Of a DNA stretch of 64,000 nucleotides, positions 62,562-64,000 are shown piece after piece. The stretch is taken from the NCBI RefSeq assembly GCF_006345805.1, contig NC_042997.1, forward strand, positions 197,532,001 to 197,596,000, written 5' to 3'. The stretch's first letter is position 1. Each line of letters starts with the position of its first letter. The position numbers and the translations under genes are program-made. Under the pieces are notes generated by a model. The model saw only the letters and a program-made list of their open reading frames with translations. It had not been told where the DNA came from and searched no databases. Origin of the DNA: Octopus sinensis (Eukaryota).

Positions 62562-63097
62562 GAGGGTGAGTCAAAAAGTAATGCCATTTTGCCTAAGACA
62601 GGTATAATTACCAACACAGGAACATGTATCATACATCAAAATGAAGCTGGTCCTCTGTGGATCACATCCCTACTACTCAACGTAGTCACCATTTCTCTCA
62701 GTAGCAATGTCTTACCTTTGAATTAGAGCATGTATCCCTGCCCTGTAAATTTCTGTTGACTGTTGTTTGAGCCACATCTTCACTACAGTTTTCACTTCCT
62801 TGTCACTGCTTCTCAAACCTTCTTTCATGGGGCCGAAGAGATGATAGTCCAGTGACGAGGAAGTGAAAACTGTAGTGAAGAAGTGGCTCAAAGCACAGTC
62901 AACAGAATTTTATGGGGCAAGGATACATGTTCTCATTCGAAGGTGGAACATTGCTATTGAGAGAAACGGTGACTATGTTGAGAAGTAGGGATGTGATCCA
63001 CAGAAGACCAGCTTCGTTCTGATGTTTGATACATACTCCTGTGTTGGTAATTATACCTGTCCTAAAAAAAATGGCATTACTTTTTGACTCACCCTCG
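62561..63097. mobile_element. Mariner-derived foldback element built from two 3' ends
   Basis: TA-flanked TIRs (T/C)GAGGGTGAGTCAAAAAGTAATGCCATTTT; both arms encode SDEEVKTVVK.WL..QSTE.Y..GIH.LI.RW...IERNGDYVEK. Confidence 0.88.
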
Positions 63098-64000
63098 TAT
63101 ATATATATATTATATATATATATATATATAATATATATATATATACATATATACGATGGGCTTCTTTCAGTTTCCATCCACCAAATCCACTCACAAGACT
63201 TTGATTAGCCCAAGGATATAGTAGAAGACACTTGCTCAAGGTGCCATGCAGTGGGGTTGAATCCGGAACCATGTGGTTGGTAAGCAAGCTACTTACCACA
63301 CAGCCACTGCATAGAAAATTTTATTTTGCCATTTTTTTTACTTGTTTCAGTGAGTGGACTGTGGCCATGCTGGGGCACCACTTTGAAGAGTTTAGTCAAA
63401 TAAATCCTCCTCCATACTTATTTTAAAGTGGTAATTATTTCATCAGTCAGTTTTGTTGAACCACTATGTTATGGGGATGTAAACAAACCAACACTGGTTG
63501 TCAAACAATGGCAGGTGACAGACACAAATGCAAACACACACACACACATACAAATATACTGATATATATACATATATATGGCAGGCTTCCACACAGTTTC
63601 TGCCCAACAAATCCACTCACACAGTATTGGTCAGTCTGGGGATATAGCAGAAAACACTTGCTCAAGGTGTTGTGCAGTGGGACTGAACCCAAAATCATGT
63701 GGTTGCAAAGCAGGTCTCATAACCATTGGCAAAATTAGAAACCATAACAAATAACAAACCCTGACACTGGAGCTCTATGCAGGGCTGCAGTCTGCCTGAT
63801 CTTCTCAAACCATCCAACCCACAACAGTATGAAAAACAGACATGAGATGATGATGATGATATATAAAATACACATCACCATCAATGATATTTTGTGCCTC
63901 TGCTTTCCATGCTGGCATGGATTGGACATATTGTCAATGGCTTTTGTCAGTTCTTATTCAGAGCCACCACCCTCTTGGAACAGGTTAGATGACCAGATCT

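Overview
Eukaryotic, intron-rich, repeat-dense genomic DNA, most likely octopus or another coleoid cephalopod. This is inferred from the tRNA-derived SINE families, the (GAT)n-tailed RTE ends and a GC-rich, expanded 18S fragment. Three spliced genes were rebuilt by hand from GT-AG boundaries and frame continuity. (1) ACTR8/ARP8 on the minus strand: 13 coding exons, 32981 to 10062, about 771 aa, with an unusually long N-terminal extension. (2) A classical AQP4-type aquaporin on the plus strand: 4 exons, 38660-43920, with NPS/NPV motifs and His replaced by Ile in the ar/R filter. (3) The 3' part of NAE1/APPBP1 on the minus strand: 11 exons, 62342 to 46920, with the 5' end outside the window. Introns and spacers hold an RTE LINE and many of its 3' ends, CRE-, HERO- and CR1-type LINE relics, three SINE families, Helitron-, piggyBac-, Merlin- and mariner-type non-autonomous elements, and dispersed 18S and 28S rRNA fragments. 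The most notable items are several minimal hammerhead-ribozyme motifs in Penelope-like repeats. One of them is a spacer-less 469-bp palindrome of a tRNA-head plus hammerhead unit inside an ARP8 intron. Coordinates were read by eye; repeat edges may be off by a few to tens of bases.
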